NCBI RefSeq assembly: GCF_009914755.1
Contig: NC_060930.1
DNA: 64,000 nt
Reading direction: 5' to 3' (one strand)
Source of the DNA: the human T2T-CHM13v2.0 reference genome, Homo sapiens
Shown here piece by piece: positions 47,116 to 59,702 of the stretch. Each line of letters begins with the position of its first letter. The stretch's first letter is position 1. A program made the position numbers and the translations under genes. A model generated the notes under the pieces. It was not told the DNA's origin. It was given only the letters and a program-made list of their open reading frames with translations, and did not search any database.

Positions 47116-48189
47116 TAAATTTTATACTAAAAATAGCCTAACGAGATTTTCTTTCTGAACCAAAAGAATATTTCTAGGAAAAGATATGTGCATGCAGTAA
47201 CCATTACATTTTTCTTACTCTGATATACACATCTAAAATGAGTCTTTTGTTTGTTGTGCTATGATAATGATAATTTGAAATAAGGTACAAAAAAGCAAGT
47301 GATGATTATGGAGAGCTTTGAAGATTTTGACTCTCTTATGAACTGACAGGGGCGTCAAACATAATAATGTATCTAATTATACCAAGAAACACATAACCCA
47401 ATATTTGCTAATTACAAGAAACTAAAAGCTCTTAGAGAATCAATTTCCAATAGAAAATTTCCCTCAGTGGCATACTTTTGTCAGCACCTGGCACCTGAAA
47501 GACAGGAGTTGAAAAAAAAATGAGATAAGAGGAAGTTTGAAATTAACTAATGTTATTTTGCTTTAATATACGGCTTAGTGCTGATTTTAGTAAGTATATT
47601 AGCAAAGAGGCTTGTAGACAGATTAGAGAATTTCTACAGTGTGTTAGCTTTCTGTTCTCCTTAACATTACCACAATTCAGCAGGTTAAATTAATACAAAA
47701 CTAGTTATATTTTTGTAACTCTAGGACCTTGGCATTTCATATATACTTTTAACTATTTTGAATTGGTTCACTAGTTTTATACATGAATAAGTTAACCATA
47801 ACACTTGCATGTATTGATATAATTCAAACTTGGAGCTTGTATAATTCCATTTGTTCTAATATTCAGGTATTAAAAAATCATGCTCATGAGCAATGATATG
47901 TAAGAAAAAACAAGACTGAGTTATTGAAAAAATTACACATATTTTCTCTCTACCACTATTGTAAGTACTCCTCTGAACACAATTAGATGGATTAGATGCA
48001 TGTGAACAAAGAACGCTGGAAGAATATAACAAGCACTCAATGTTTTATGACATCAAAGGCAAAGCTATATCAGTGCTCATTTCCCTACCTCTGGTTTCTC
48101 TGCGTTTTGTACTTTAATCCACTACACCTCACCTGCAGGCTCAAGAGAGCCTAACTTCTCAGCTGATAATCATAATAATCAAATAATTA

Positions 48190-48400
48190 AAATACTATTT
48201 ATTAATTTATTACCACTTACATGGTGTGCACAATGATTATCTTATCTGAGCCTTAAAACAACCCTTTAATATGAGTTATTAATGTTTTAATAAATATAAA
48301 GCAACCCTTTATACTTATCTTTATTTTACTGATGCAATAATAAGACAAACAGAGGTTAGTTAATAACCATTTCACTCAGCAAGTGACTTATCCTAGGTTT
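48190..48400 (-). mobile_element. MIR
   Basis: ttatctgagccttaaaacaaccct..ttattttactgatg..agacaaacagaggtta. Confidence 0.55.
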
Positions 48401-48559
48401 TGCTGAATTGCAATCAGCCATTTCTGCTGAGTTCCTATTTGGCCCTTGAAGAAACTTCACTGAACCTGGATAAGTAAAAACACATAAAAAATGTCTCCTT
48501 TCAACTTCTCTTCCTTTATGGGGTACATTCTAAGAATTGAGTATGATGTTCAGGTCAAG

Positions 48560-48778
48560 ATGATGGACTTCGGAGTTCCGAAGGAAAACTTCAAATCTTA
48601 GCTTTATCATTTTCTGGATTTGAAATCATGAGCAAGTTTGTCAAACACTCTTAGTTTTGGATTGCGCTTCTGCAAAATGAGGACAACAAAATCTATCTGA
48701 TGTTTTAAGGCAAGAGTAAATAAGATTCTGTATGTTAAGAGAATAGAGTATAGCTGGTAAAAAAAAAAAAAAAAAAAA

Positions 48779-48808
<30 letters not shown>
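48560..48808 (+). mobile_element. MIR followed by A-tract/(CAAAA)n
   Basis: ttcaaatcttagcttt..gagcaagtt..cttctgcaaaatgagga. Confidence 0.65.
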
Positions 48809-48809
<1 letters not shown>

Positions 48810-49124
48810 ACCACTGTGTGGTTCTGACCAATTTATCTAGTGAGTAATCCTAAACCCCGTCTAATATTAAAATATTTCTCTGAACTTTCTGATTTTACCA
48901 CCCTCCAAATCAACCTGGTGGTCTTATTGCTTCATCTCTTTCCCGGGACAGCACAAAGTAACTTGCCTTGTGATGAAAGCTCTTAAGAACAAACACATTT
49001 CCCAGCAAAAGTTCGTGTACTTGCAATCTTACTCTCCAAAACTTCACTGCCAGCCACATTTTTCACTGACATGATGGATGGGCTCTAAAAGTTCTTCTGC
49101 CCGTTACTTGAATTAGTATTAAAC

Positions 49125-49331
49125 CAGTGATGTCCTCAGGAGGCTCAAGAGTGGATTCTGCACTTTTCTTTCCATCTTGCATTCAGTAACATTGTATTGA
49201 GAGCTTGAAGTCAGCCATGGAAGAAGTTTATCATTATAAGAATTGGCAAACACTACAAATGAGGTTTTAGGTTTGTCCTCTTTTGTTTCCTTTAAAAAAA
49301 TTCAAATAGTTGCTTTATTAGCTCACCCTTG
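49125..49331 (+). mobile_element. MER63A (hAT-Blackjack)
   Basis: agcttgaagtcagccatgg..aattggcaaacactacaaat. Confidence 0.7.
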
Positions 49332-49356
49332 ATTAAAACTAGTATGCCCTACAGAT

Positions 49357-49570
49357 CGGTACTACTCAAATTGTGATCCATGGACTAATGCCAGTCACTG
49401 AACTATTTCTTTTCTACCTTGGATTAAGTACAATAATTGAGTGTGAGCATTTGGAAACATTTAGAGCATTTTGAAATTGTCATTACATTAATATGCTTAA
49501 TCGGTTTTTGTAATTAATTTCTATTCAATTTTACAAATGCTTAAGTTTGTAATAGATTGTAAAACAATGC
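49357..49570 (+). mobile_element. Charlie4/MER119-like hAT fragment
   Basis: cggtactactcaaattgtgatccatggact..taagtacaataattgagtgtgagcattt. Confidence 0.55.
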
Positions 49571-50504
49571 CATTTAATACATTGTATTGTAAAAAAAATG
49601 CTCATTCATGCATTGTATACAGTGTATATAGCACTGTGCTTAAGTAGTCCCCCACGCCTTCGCATCTCTATAACCAGATCGCTTTCACCCACTTTTGCCT
49701 TGCCATGGAAACTGGAGCTTATCCAATCCCTTGCTTGTTTCCCCTTCTCATGTTTAAGGGCCAAAATGACTGATGTCTGAGCCAACTCAAATTACTGCAG
49801 TGGACTTTTGTAAGCTCATTTATTTCTCTGTTCTATGAATTCCCTTTTTACTGGGACTTCATTTTTTATGAGGCCAATAAGAATGTTTCTCTAATGTACA
49901 AAACTATCTAAGAATCAAAAGAAAGAGATTGGCATGGATAGAAGGAAGAGAAAGTGCTGTTGGCAAATGTGGCCAGAAGCAATTCTGCAATGAAAGCCTT
50001 TGTGGATCTTCAATACTTGCTTGGAAGTTTTGGTGCAAAATGTCTTTATTTTTAAACCCAAGCTTATTTTGAAAGCCATAATTTACTTCAAAAACTTTGG
50101 CACTGATTGCCAGCACTTCAAATAACCTACCGAGTATTTTATAGTTTGTATTTTCCCTAGTCTAAATTTATACAAAAAAAATTTCAGTGTTATTTGAAAA
50201 GTCAGAAACCAGAAAGGGAGGAAAAATCTTAAGCCAAATACTTGGTATACTTATCTCCCGTACATCCCATCTGACTCTATTACTGTCAATTTTAACTCTT
50301 GGCTAAATTAAGTGGATCTGTTTATATTTAGCAACTGCCTAAACAGCAGATCTGTACCCTGTCCTCCCCTTGTCACCTTACACTGACTCCTGACTGCATA
50401 ACCCTGGTAAAGGAAATGAGTATTTATTTGGACTCCATTATGTGCCACCTAGTTTATATTTAGTACTACGTTTAATATTCACAATTATAAAATAGGAATA
50501 TTTC

Positions 50505-50958
50505 TGAAACTGGTCTAATTGCCCCATAGAACTGATGTTTATGGTTTCTTTTGAATAAACATAGAAATTGACCCTCCGAGTCTTGACATTTGAGAGTTAC
50601 ATTTGTCTGAGTTCCTTTCTCAGGAAACCAGCGATCAGGACTCTCAGATAGTATCAAGGAACTGAACTTTACCAGATCACCACATCTGGACAATAAGATG
50701 CCACACCTTCACCCATCATGACTGCATAATTGACCACCAGCTTCCTGTTGACAACCTCTCTTCCTTACTCCTTCCTATTTCCCACAAATGGTTACCTTTC
50801 TTCCCTGTCATGTAACCCCCAAATTTCAGTCAGTTGAGGAGATGGATTTGAGACTAATCTCCCGTCTCCTCAGCTGCAGCACCAGGTTAAAGCCTTCTTC
50901 CCTGGCAATACTCATTGTCTCAGTGATTGGCAAGACCTAGACCAAACCCCTGGCATTT
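50505..50958 (+). mobile_element. 5' LTR (LTR54-like), with small deletions near its 3' end
   Basis: tgaaactggtctaattgccccatagaactgatgtttatgg..ctcagatagtatcaaggaactga. Confidence 0.85.
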
Positions 50959-50976
50959 TGGTACGCTGATCTGGAA
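50959..50976 (+). other. Decayed primer-binding site, tRNA-Glu type
   Basis: tggtacgctgatctggaa matches TGGTTCCCTGACCGGGAA (complement of the tRNA-Glu 3' end) at 14/18, immediately after the 5' LTR. Confidence 0.6.
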
Positions 50977-53900
50977 TGCATTGCTTGTGGCTTTGCTGTC
51001 TGCTGCAGGCTGGAGGAGCTTAAAAGCCTTTCTAAGTAGCTGCCTGTCCTTTTAGGACTGGATGTAGGTTTCTGCCTCTCTTTTTGGCCCTGGCATTGCT
51101 GGCCCCAACCACATTCCTGATTGCCCGGGAAGAACAGCCTTTGAAATTCAACATCTGCTTCTGGGTAGTTGGTGAGTGTCCTCTCTGGGCCCAGACAGCA
51201 GGATCTGCTCCTCTCTACTTGGGAAACTTTTAAATACATTTCTGTTTGCAGGTTGAACAAGCCCACCTGACCAAGAGAGGGAAGCACGCTAACTGTTTTC
51301 AGTTTGGACACTCTTGGGGGCTTTTTAGTAATTGCATGTGTTTCTGAGCAAGTGAGTGTCTTTTGTGGGTACCAGACAACAGGATTGCTCCTCTCAACTA
51401 GGGACAGTCTGAAGAATTTTGGTGTGCAAATTCATCAAGCTCACCCCATGGAAAGAGGAAGCTCCGCTGTTTCAGTTTGGACACTCTTGGGGTTTGTTGG
51501 TTGCTGCAGCACTTGGATTGTATTTTGGTGATTGTTTGTGTATGTCAATATAGCCATGGGAAGTAAGAATTTGATAAGCTGATAATCTTATGTAATACTG
51601 TTTGGCCTCATATCTTTGAATCTGGATAAGTTTGGCCTCTCCATGTGCCTCGTTTTGCTGCTGAATGGCAAAGCAGGGTGGAGTTTTGTGTATTCAGGCT
51701 TTTATGCTGTTGTTCAAAGCAAGGTCAGGCTTGATTAGTACATGATGTTCTTCTGTGGTTTTTTCTGGCTCCAGTCATCCTTGGAGTGTGGAGAGATTTA
51801 GCCTTTAAAAATCAAAATGCCACAGAAACTGCTATACCCAAAACTTTGGTTCACAACCTTCATTGGATTGCCTATCAGGGCAAAAGAAGTTTAGCCATGT
51901 GAACGTGTTCATAAGCCTGTGAGTTTGTATTGGTATCTCATGGCTAGAGTTCCAAGGTAAAAGTTATTGGATCTTTGTTTGCATGTATGTATATATGTTT
52001 AGATGTGTTTACATGTATGTATATTATTTCATATGTTGTGTCTACCAAATTGGCTTATAAATAAAAGAGCACTCCTAAATTAAGTCCAAGCAATTTTCAA
52101 GTTCATGCGACTTAAGTAAATCTTTAATAAACAAGTTGACTTTAAAAGTACTGGTAAAATAAAAATTTAAATGTCATTGGAATTGTCAGTATATATTTTT
52201 ATCTTGGTTTTATATTTGTGTCTGCTAGATATTTTGAGGTGTCAGAGTTTGGCACAGATGATTATAAATCTATAAACCCAGCCAATACAAAAATAATCTT
52301 TGTTTCTGTGATTTTTTTTATAAATAGACTAATTTAATGTTGTTGGTTTAATGAATACAGCTTCATCTTCTGAGTTATTAGTGAAAATACCCATGTATTT
52401 AACTTTAAAATTCTTACTAAGATGGACACTTACAATTCACAGGTTACAAAATAGTTAACAAGGAAATGACTAGTTTGGTCTAATATCTTAGTTCTCATAA
52501 ATAATCTAGATAACCTGTTTAAAAAATGAAAGAATTGAGTACATGTAAATGAAACAACTTATAGGTTTACTTTTTGTATAATTTTAAATTTAAAATTATT
52601 TTTGATGTTCATTAGGTGTCTGGGTCATTTCTAATTAATAAAAGGTCATGATATTGGGAAATATGCTTCTAAAAATTGTGGAATGTTCTCATCTATAAAA
52701 TACTAACATCTGATAACTCAAGACTTCTTGCTTACTAGGTTTTCACTAAAATTTAAAGCTACTAACAATAAGATTTCTAGTTAGTGTATAATTCTGTATA
52801 AAAAATATGCCAAAAATATGTGTTCTTATTAACAAAAATAATAATTTTGTCTAATTCAGCAGTTATCTAAAGGTTGATTCAAATTATGGACTATGGTAAA
52901 TTTTTGTCCTAAAATAAAATAATTGGTTATTTTAAAATTTAGGACAAAACAGAAAGTCCAAGCATGTCCAATTTAGTTTTTTTTCCCTGTTTCTCTGTGT
53001 CTATCTTCATGCACATACAGAGAAAATAGAAAATTGAAAAAATTTATGTAATAAAATACTCTTGAAAATCCAATAAAAAATTAGAGAAATTTGGCTAATT
53101 AATATTGCTCATAGTTAAAGCTATTAGCATTCATGAAGTTAAAATAAAAAATATTATACAAATTACATTTGAAATTTGGCAATCATTTTTTAATATAGTT
53201 AAGCATAGAGCCAGATTTAGCATGGAGCCAAATTTCACATAGATGTTTGCATTGCTTTGTTTCACACCGTATCTGCTATTCTGCATGTACTAAAGTACTT
53301 ACCATTCACATGTCTGAAATATGTTTCTTAATTGCATGAAGTGTATAGTGGTGTTAGTGGACTTACAGACATTAACTTGCATATCAATAAAAAAAAAATC
53401 CATCCTGTGTTTTTTTTTTTTAGGCCCTAGGTAACACTAGCCTCCAAGGTAAACTGAGTAGGTGAAAAATTGGGAGTTGATTTACTGTTTATTTGTTTTT
53501 GCTTCTAATCTTAATTTATTTGATGTTTGTCCTCCTTTGGATTTTACTTATATATACACATATAAAACCATCTATGTTTTTTAGTTTCTAATGGAAGGCT
53601 TATATTTGGTTCTATGATTAGTCATTTCATTTCCTATGCATTTCCAACAATTCATCATTTGCTCTATTTACCTAAAATACCTAAGCTACCTTGCTCAAGC
53701 CATTTAAAATCGGATTGACTTTGCTTATCTCTTATATAGAGAGCTGTTAAGTTTCCTGGCATAAAAATAAAGGATTTATAAGTTCTGAACAGAAATAGTT
53801 CATTATATATTTTTTATTTAGAAAACTAGGTAACAGTAGAAATGTTTAAGTGGTGTTTATTTCCATGGTAACTCAATTCTATCAATAATTTGGGTTGGCT

Positions 53901-56451
53901 TAAGATCTTTTCCTTCAAATCATGAAGGAAAACTTTGATGTGGGTACTAAGTTTTAATATTCAGGAAAGATTGTCCTTGTCATTATCGAAATTATATTGA
54001 TTGGGATTGCTTTCAAACTACTTTAGTTGTGCCTACCATTGTTAAAATTAAGTGACATTCACTTGGATTAAGTAGCAGTTTAAAAAAACATGTTCTAGTG
54101 ATTTTTGAACCTAAGCTTTTATCAAATATGAGAATATTCTATTGATGTTTGGACCCAAGTCTTCTATCACTGTTGGGTTTTCATATGTGTACTTGAAAAC
54201 ACATGTTGCGCTGGTTTAAAGATTCTAGTGGTAAAAGTTACCTAATCAGCCATCAGTACTATATGTGAAAACCAATCTTGGAAATGTGTGACAATACACT
54301 TTTAAAATAGCTGAACAGGAATTATTGTGTGTTTGTTCTTACTTTGCCCTTGTTTTGTTGTGTACTATTGAAGTGAAAGGAGATTATTCGTCCTCATACT
54401 GAACTTCCAAAGCTGATATTTGCATTTGCCATTTTTTTATGGAGAGAAGTTAATGATCTTACTTTGATAAGTTTGCCAAAGGACTTATCCCATTTTTATG
54501 CTTTTGGTATAGTTCTGTAACTAGAATGCTAGCAATTAGATATATGCAAGAAGTAACCTAACCACTTTAATATAATAGCTTGAAGTGCTGCAACTGGACA
54601 CCAAATGACAGTATTTTAATTTGTGACATTGTTGGAGAGAATGATAGGAATTTCTGCAGTAAAAATGTCCTATTTACTAATCCTTATGCTGTTAAGTTGC
54701 AAGGCTTTGACTCCTAGGTTTGAAAAAGGCATCAACTCCTGATAAATCTTGAACAGTGATGCCAATCAAAGCCTTGTCTTTAGACGTGGGAGAAGATGAT
54801 AATAAAAATGAACTGCTTTCATGAGACACAAAGCCAGAAATGAAAACTATTCAATCCTTCTAGGCTCAGGAACTATTGTAGAAGAGGTGGGTGCATGAGA
54901 ATGTAAGGGCCAATTTTGAGGGACAAAATTAGTTCAGAATAATATACCAAGTGCACTGATTTAAGGCCAGCACCTAGACCCATGTGGCAGAATAAGAACA
55001 TTTTCTTAGAGCATTGATTTTCTCTGCAATAGAAAATTACAAAAATATGAAAGGTTAAGGAGATCTTACTTTATGGTCAAATTACTTTAAAATGTGAGGT
55101 GGTGTTTACTTTTCTTTGGATTATACTTAAATAAATGTATTTTTAATGTTTGTCTCAGTATTGTATGTGATTCCTGAAATTCTCATATGTATTAATACAT
55201 GTTGTAATTATTATGATTATTATGTTAAATTTTTGTATGCCACAGAAATAACCAAATTTCCTTGTCAATTGTGTTTGTCCTAAGACTTTTGTCATCCACA
55301 ATTCTTTGGCTTTGATTCTTCTCAAAAAGCAACTTATAAGCAGCTATAGTCCAAGACTTGCTTCTTTGGGGGAGTTCATGAAAAGGACTTCTGAATGTGG
55401 GTTTCTGATAACTTTGGAGATTGTGCCATTGGACTAAAGAGAAAACTTCCAGGACTTGATTTAAAAGGCCAATGTGTTTATAAAGATTGATAACCCAATA
55501 TGAACAGAGCAGGAGTTGATTGTGTGGACTGAACTAATGGAGGAAAGAAATAATTTTTATAGCTTTTTTGAAACATTGCTGAGTCTGTTTTGTTTTTCAG
55601 AGCCTGGAGGAAATGTTCTTTTGAGTTATTTATAGCCTTTAACAACTGAGGAGAGTACACTCTTTTTAGAAGAATTTTAGGCATATTTCTCTCTTCCTGA
55701 TTTATCCAGAATTCAGAAACTATTTGTGAATATTCTGAATTCATGGAACTGCAGTTGTTTGCATAAGTTCAATAAAAATCTGTTTTCTTTTATAACAAGA
55801 CAAAGTTGGAGGAAATGGTTATTTTCCCTAGGCTTTGACTGAAATGGCATGTTTTCAGATATAAGCAGACTGTTTGGAGAAATTGATACTAACTTTATAC
55901 AGCCAATGAGAACCCCTTAGGACTGGCCTGGCACTTCGTCTACACAGTTCCTTTGCAGGGTTCCTTGTCTGTGGTTAGTGGAGAGCATCACTTTCTGACA
56001 GGGCCAAGGAATCTCAAGTTGCTGAGGCCTGAAGAAAAGAGTACACCCAATTCATACAGGTATCTGCAGGTGCAGATGGATCCTTGCCTGTGCTGAAGAT
56101 GCCTGTGGAGGTCAAGTCTGATCCTTGGTTCCAGCAAAGCCAATTTAGGAGAGCCTATTTGGACAATGGAGAGCCTATTACTGAACTTTTTGTGGGTAAT
56201 CAGGCCAAGTACAGTGGGACTGAAGCTTATTTTGCAAGTAGACTGCAAAATAGATCTATCTTTGGTGGAAGTGGGGAACTGGAGAGAGAGAGAGATTATG
56301 TTTTAGAAGAAAATTATAGTATAAGATTAACCTCTGATTTGCTTATTGCCCATATTCACCCATGATGTGTAGAGTTGTCCACACTGCCCCTCCCCAGCTT
56401 GAGGCAGACAGAAATATTGATGACCAGATTCTCCATGATTCAGGAATTGAT

Positions 56452-56469
56452 AAATAGAAAGGGGGGCAC
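56452..56469 (+). other. Polypurine tract
   Basis: aaatagaaaggggggcac directly before the 3' LTR tgaaacc. Confidence 0.85.
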
Positions 56470-56962
56470 TGAAACCAGCTCAATTGTCCCATGGTACTAA
56501 TGTTTATGGTCTCCTTTGAATAAACATAAAAATCAATCCCCAGTCTTGAAACATAAGAAAGTTAAATTTGTCTTATCTGAGTTCCTTTCTCAGGAAACCA
56601 ACTATCGGTCCTCTCAGATAGTATCAAAGAACTAAAATTTACTAGATCACCACACCTGGACAATAAGATGCAGACCTGTCATCCATCATGACTACCTAAT
56701 CTAACTACCTGCATCCTGTTGACCAAACTCTCTTCTTTACTCCTCCCTAATTCCTGTTCTCCAACACATGGATTCATTTCTTCTCTGCCATGTAAACCCC
56801 CAATTTCAGTTAGTTGTGGAAATGGATTTCAGACTAATCTCCCATCTCCTTGGCTGCAGCACCAGATTAAAGCTGTTGTCTCCAGCAATACTTGTCTCAG
56901 TGATTGGCTTTCTGTGTGGTGAGCAGCAGGACTTAGACCAAACCCCTGGTGTTTCAGTAACA
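56470..56962 (+). mobile_element. 3' LTR (LTR54-like)
   Basis: tgaaaccagctcaattgtccc ... ggtgtttcagtaaca (TG..CA termini). Confidence 0.88.
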
Positions 56963-57559
56963 TTGTTACCTTCAATGTTAGTCAATACATCTTAAACATG
57001 GAAAGATCACACAATAAATGACAAAACTAGCATTAAATCAAACTCTTTTGGATTCCACAGACAGTGTATATTCATTCCATAACTTTATACTGCTTGTTAA
57101 TTATTCAAACCACCTTAATCAGAAATTTCCAGTTTCCAAAAATTGTATTATACTCAGGTTGGCCCTAGGTTTATGAATCGTTTGCTTGTTTGTGTATGTC
57201 CTTAGGGTAGCCTTCAGTCCTTTTGTAGAGCCCTAATATGACTAACCCACCAAGAATCCATGCCATCTTGATTCTAATTAGTTTAGTGAACATTTAGGTT
57301 CTCCAAAAGCAAATTCTTTGTATAAGGAGATAAAGGAGTGAGCAAAAGTTTCCTCTGTTTGGAGATTGCAGGCAGTGTGGCACCCAAGTAATGAAAATAA
57401 TAGTTAACCAAAAGTATAGGTACAAAATCAAACCAAAACATCACACAGAAAAACTAATATTGCCTTGACTCTTATAGTTCCAGCTAGACTTTTGAAAGAA
57501 TAGTATCACTTCATAGCAACTAAAACACTAGCTTTAAAAAATTAAAAATAACCACTAGG

Positions 57560-57748
57560 GGCTGAGTACCCTGGCTCACGCCTGTAATCCCAGCATGTGC
57601 TTATAATCCTAGCTACTCAGGAGACTGAGGCAGAAATAGTGCCTAAGCCTGGGTTTTCAAGGCCGTGGTAAGCAATGATTGTGCCACTGCACTCCAGCCC
57701 GGAGCCAGAATGAGACCCCATTTCTTCAAAAAAAATGAAATAAAAAAA
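57560..57748 (+). mobile_element. Old Alu (J-like) with most of the left arm deleted
   Basis: ggctcacgcctgtaatcccagc joined directly to atgtgcttataatcctagctactcaggag. Confidence 0.8.
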
Positions 57749-58291
57749 TTAATTCAATCAATCAATAAAAATGATCTCCAACAGGATCAAGGTAGATGAT
57801 AATGAGAAATAAGAAAAATCCACTTACCCTTTTAATTGAAAAAATGCTCAGCATTACTGTATCTAGTTTTTCTTTTTAAATTAATTGGTAGAAAATGTAG
57901 TCAGAGGCTCTAAACATATTCTGCAGGGAGCAAAACAATAATCTATATGAAGATTTTTATTGAAATATTATATACATTTAATAAAAGGTACACATCATAA
58001 ATAATGTATACTATGTTTTCACAAGTGTATACACCTGTATATGCACCCTATAAACCAAGATATATCACTTTTCCTTAGCCACAGGAAGTTTCCTAGTCCC
58101 CCTTCCCCAGAAATTTCCACCATTATCAGGAGAGACTACAGGTTTTGTATCTCCCATCATAAATTAGTTTTGCCTGTCCTTGACTATAATATATAGACAG
58201 TGAAACTTTAATGTACCTGTCGGGAGCATCAGTATCATGCCCCATTTTATACCAGATAAATATTCATTGTTTATCAAAACATATCTATCCT

Positions 58292-58725
58292 TGTTACTGA
58301 AACACCAGGGGTTCAGTGTAAGTCCGCCTGCTCCTGCACAGAAAACCAATCACTGACACAAGGAAGAAGGCTTTAATCAGGTGCTGCAGCCAAGTAAATG
58401 GGAGATCTGTCTCAAATCCATCTCCCTGATTAACTAAAACTAGGGGTTTATATAGCAGAGAAGAAACATAATAATGTGTAAGAAAGCAGAGACTAGGGAG
58501 GAACCAGGAAGCAATCATGATGAAAAATGGGTCCGACATCTCATTGTCTAGATGCAGTTATCTGATGAGTTTCAGTTTTTTGATACTTCTTTTGAGAGGC
58601 CTGAAAATCTTTCCCTGAGGAAGGAACTCAGATAAAACAAATATAATTTTCAAGCTTTAAGATCAGAATGGTCAGTTTCTGTTTATTGAAAAATAACTAT
58701 CTATAGGACTATTGGGTTGGGATCA
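58292..58725 (-). mobile_element. Solo LTR56/LTR54-related LTR (ERV1)
   Basis: tgttactgaaacaccagggg..tgctgcagcc..tctcaaatccatctcc is the reverse complement of the LTR at 56470-56962; 5' end differs. Confidence 0.82.
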
Positions 58726-59211
58726 TACATCTTCATGTATATGGACATTTAATTTTTCTCTGCTTTGGCATTATGAATGAGGAATCTATAAACATTTTTG
58801 TATGTGTCTTTTTGTAGATATCACCTTTTGTTTTTCTTCATTAAGTAAGTAGCTATAGAATTTCTAGGTCATTTGATAAGTGTATGTTTGATGTTATAAA
58901 AAAATCTTTGAAACAGTTTTCTATACTCATAAATTTTACAGTGATTTGTTAAAAATATTCAATTGGTTTGCATTCTTTCTAACACACTCTCAATCTTTAG
59001 CTTTGGCCCTTCTAGAAAATGTGAAATGCTTTTTCACTGGTTTCCCTGAAGTTTAACGGTGTTGAGCACCTTTTCATGTGTTCATTAACCACTGAATTAT
59101 GTTGCTTTGTGAAGTGTTTTTTCATGTCTTTTTTCCCCCTTTTTGATTGGATTGTTTTATTTTATTATTAGGTTGTAGGAAGCATTCAGATATTCTGGGT
59201 ATACAAATGCT

Positions 59212-59233
59212 CTGTCAGTTATATATATATGTG

Positions 59234-59276
<43 letters not shown>

Positions 59277-59702
59277 ACGTACATATCTGGCAGAGTATAT
59301 ATAGAAATATAAAATATATATGACAGAATATATATAGAATATATATGACAGAATATATATAGAATATATATATAGAATATATATAGAAATATAAAAATAT
59401 ATATGTGAATATCCAGATATTTATATATAGAGAGATTATGTATATATGACAGTATTTATATATATGCACCTGATATATATATCTGTTTTCTACCCAACAG
59501 ACATATATATATCTCACAGAAAATGTTCATTTTACATATAGATATAAAATATCTGACACATATGTTTTATATATATAATGGACATTTTCTTATATATGAA
59601 ATATATATTCTTATATATACTTTATATATAAAATATTTGACATGTAATATCTGACAGATATATATATACATGTATACACACACACACACACACACACACA
59701 TA
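59212..59702. repeat. Complex TA-rich/(GA)n/(CA)n repeat within the L1
   Basis: Read directly. Confidence 0.9.

Larger units (their letters stand above)
50505..56962 (+). mobile_element. Non-autonomous ERV1 (MER4-group) provirus with two LTR54-like LTRs
   Basis: Direct-repeat LTRs at 50505-~50958 and 56470-56962, PBS, PPT; AT-rich internal region with no gag/pol/env ORF. Confidence 0.88.

Noticed and set aside
56084-56365. 93-aa ORF upstream of the PPT as an env remnant
   Set aside because: No TM, ISD or CX6CC features recognisable.
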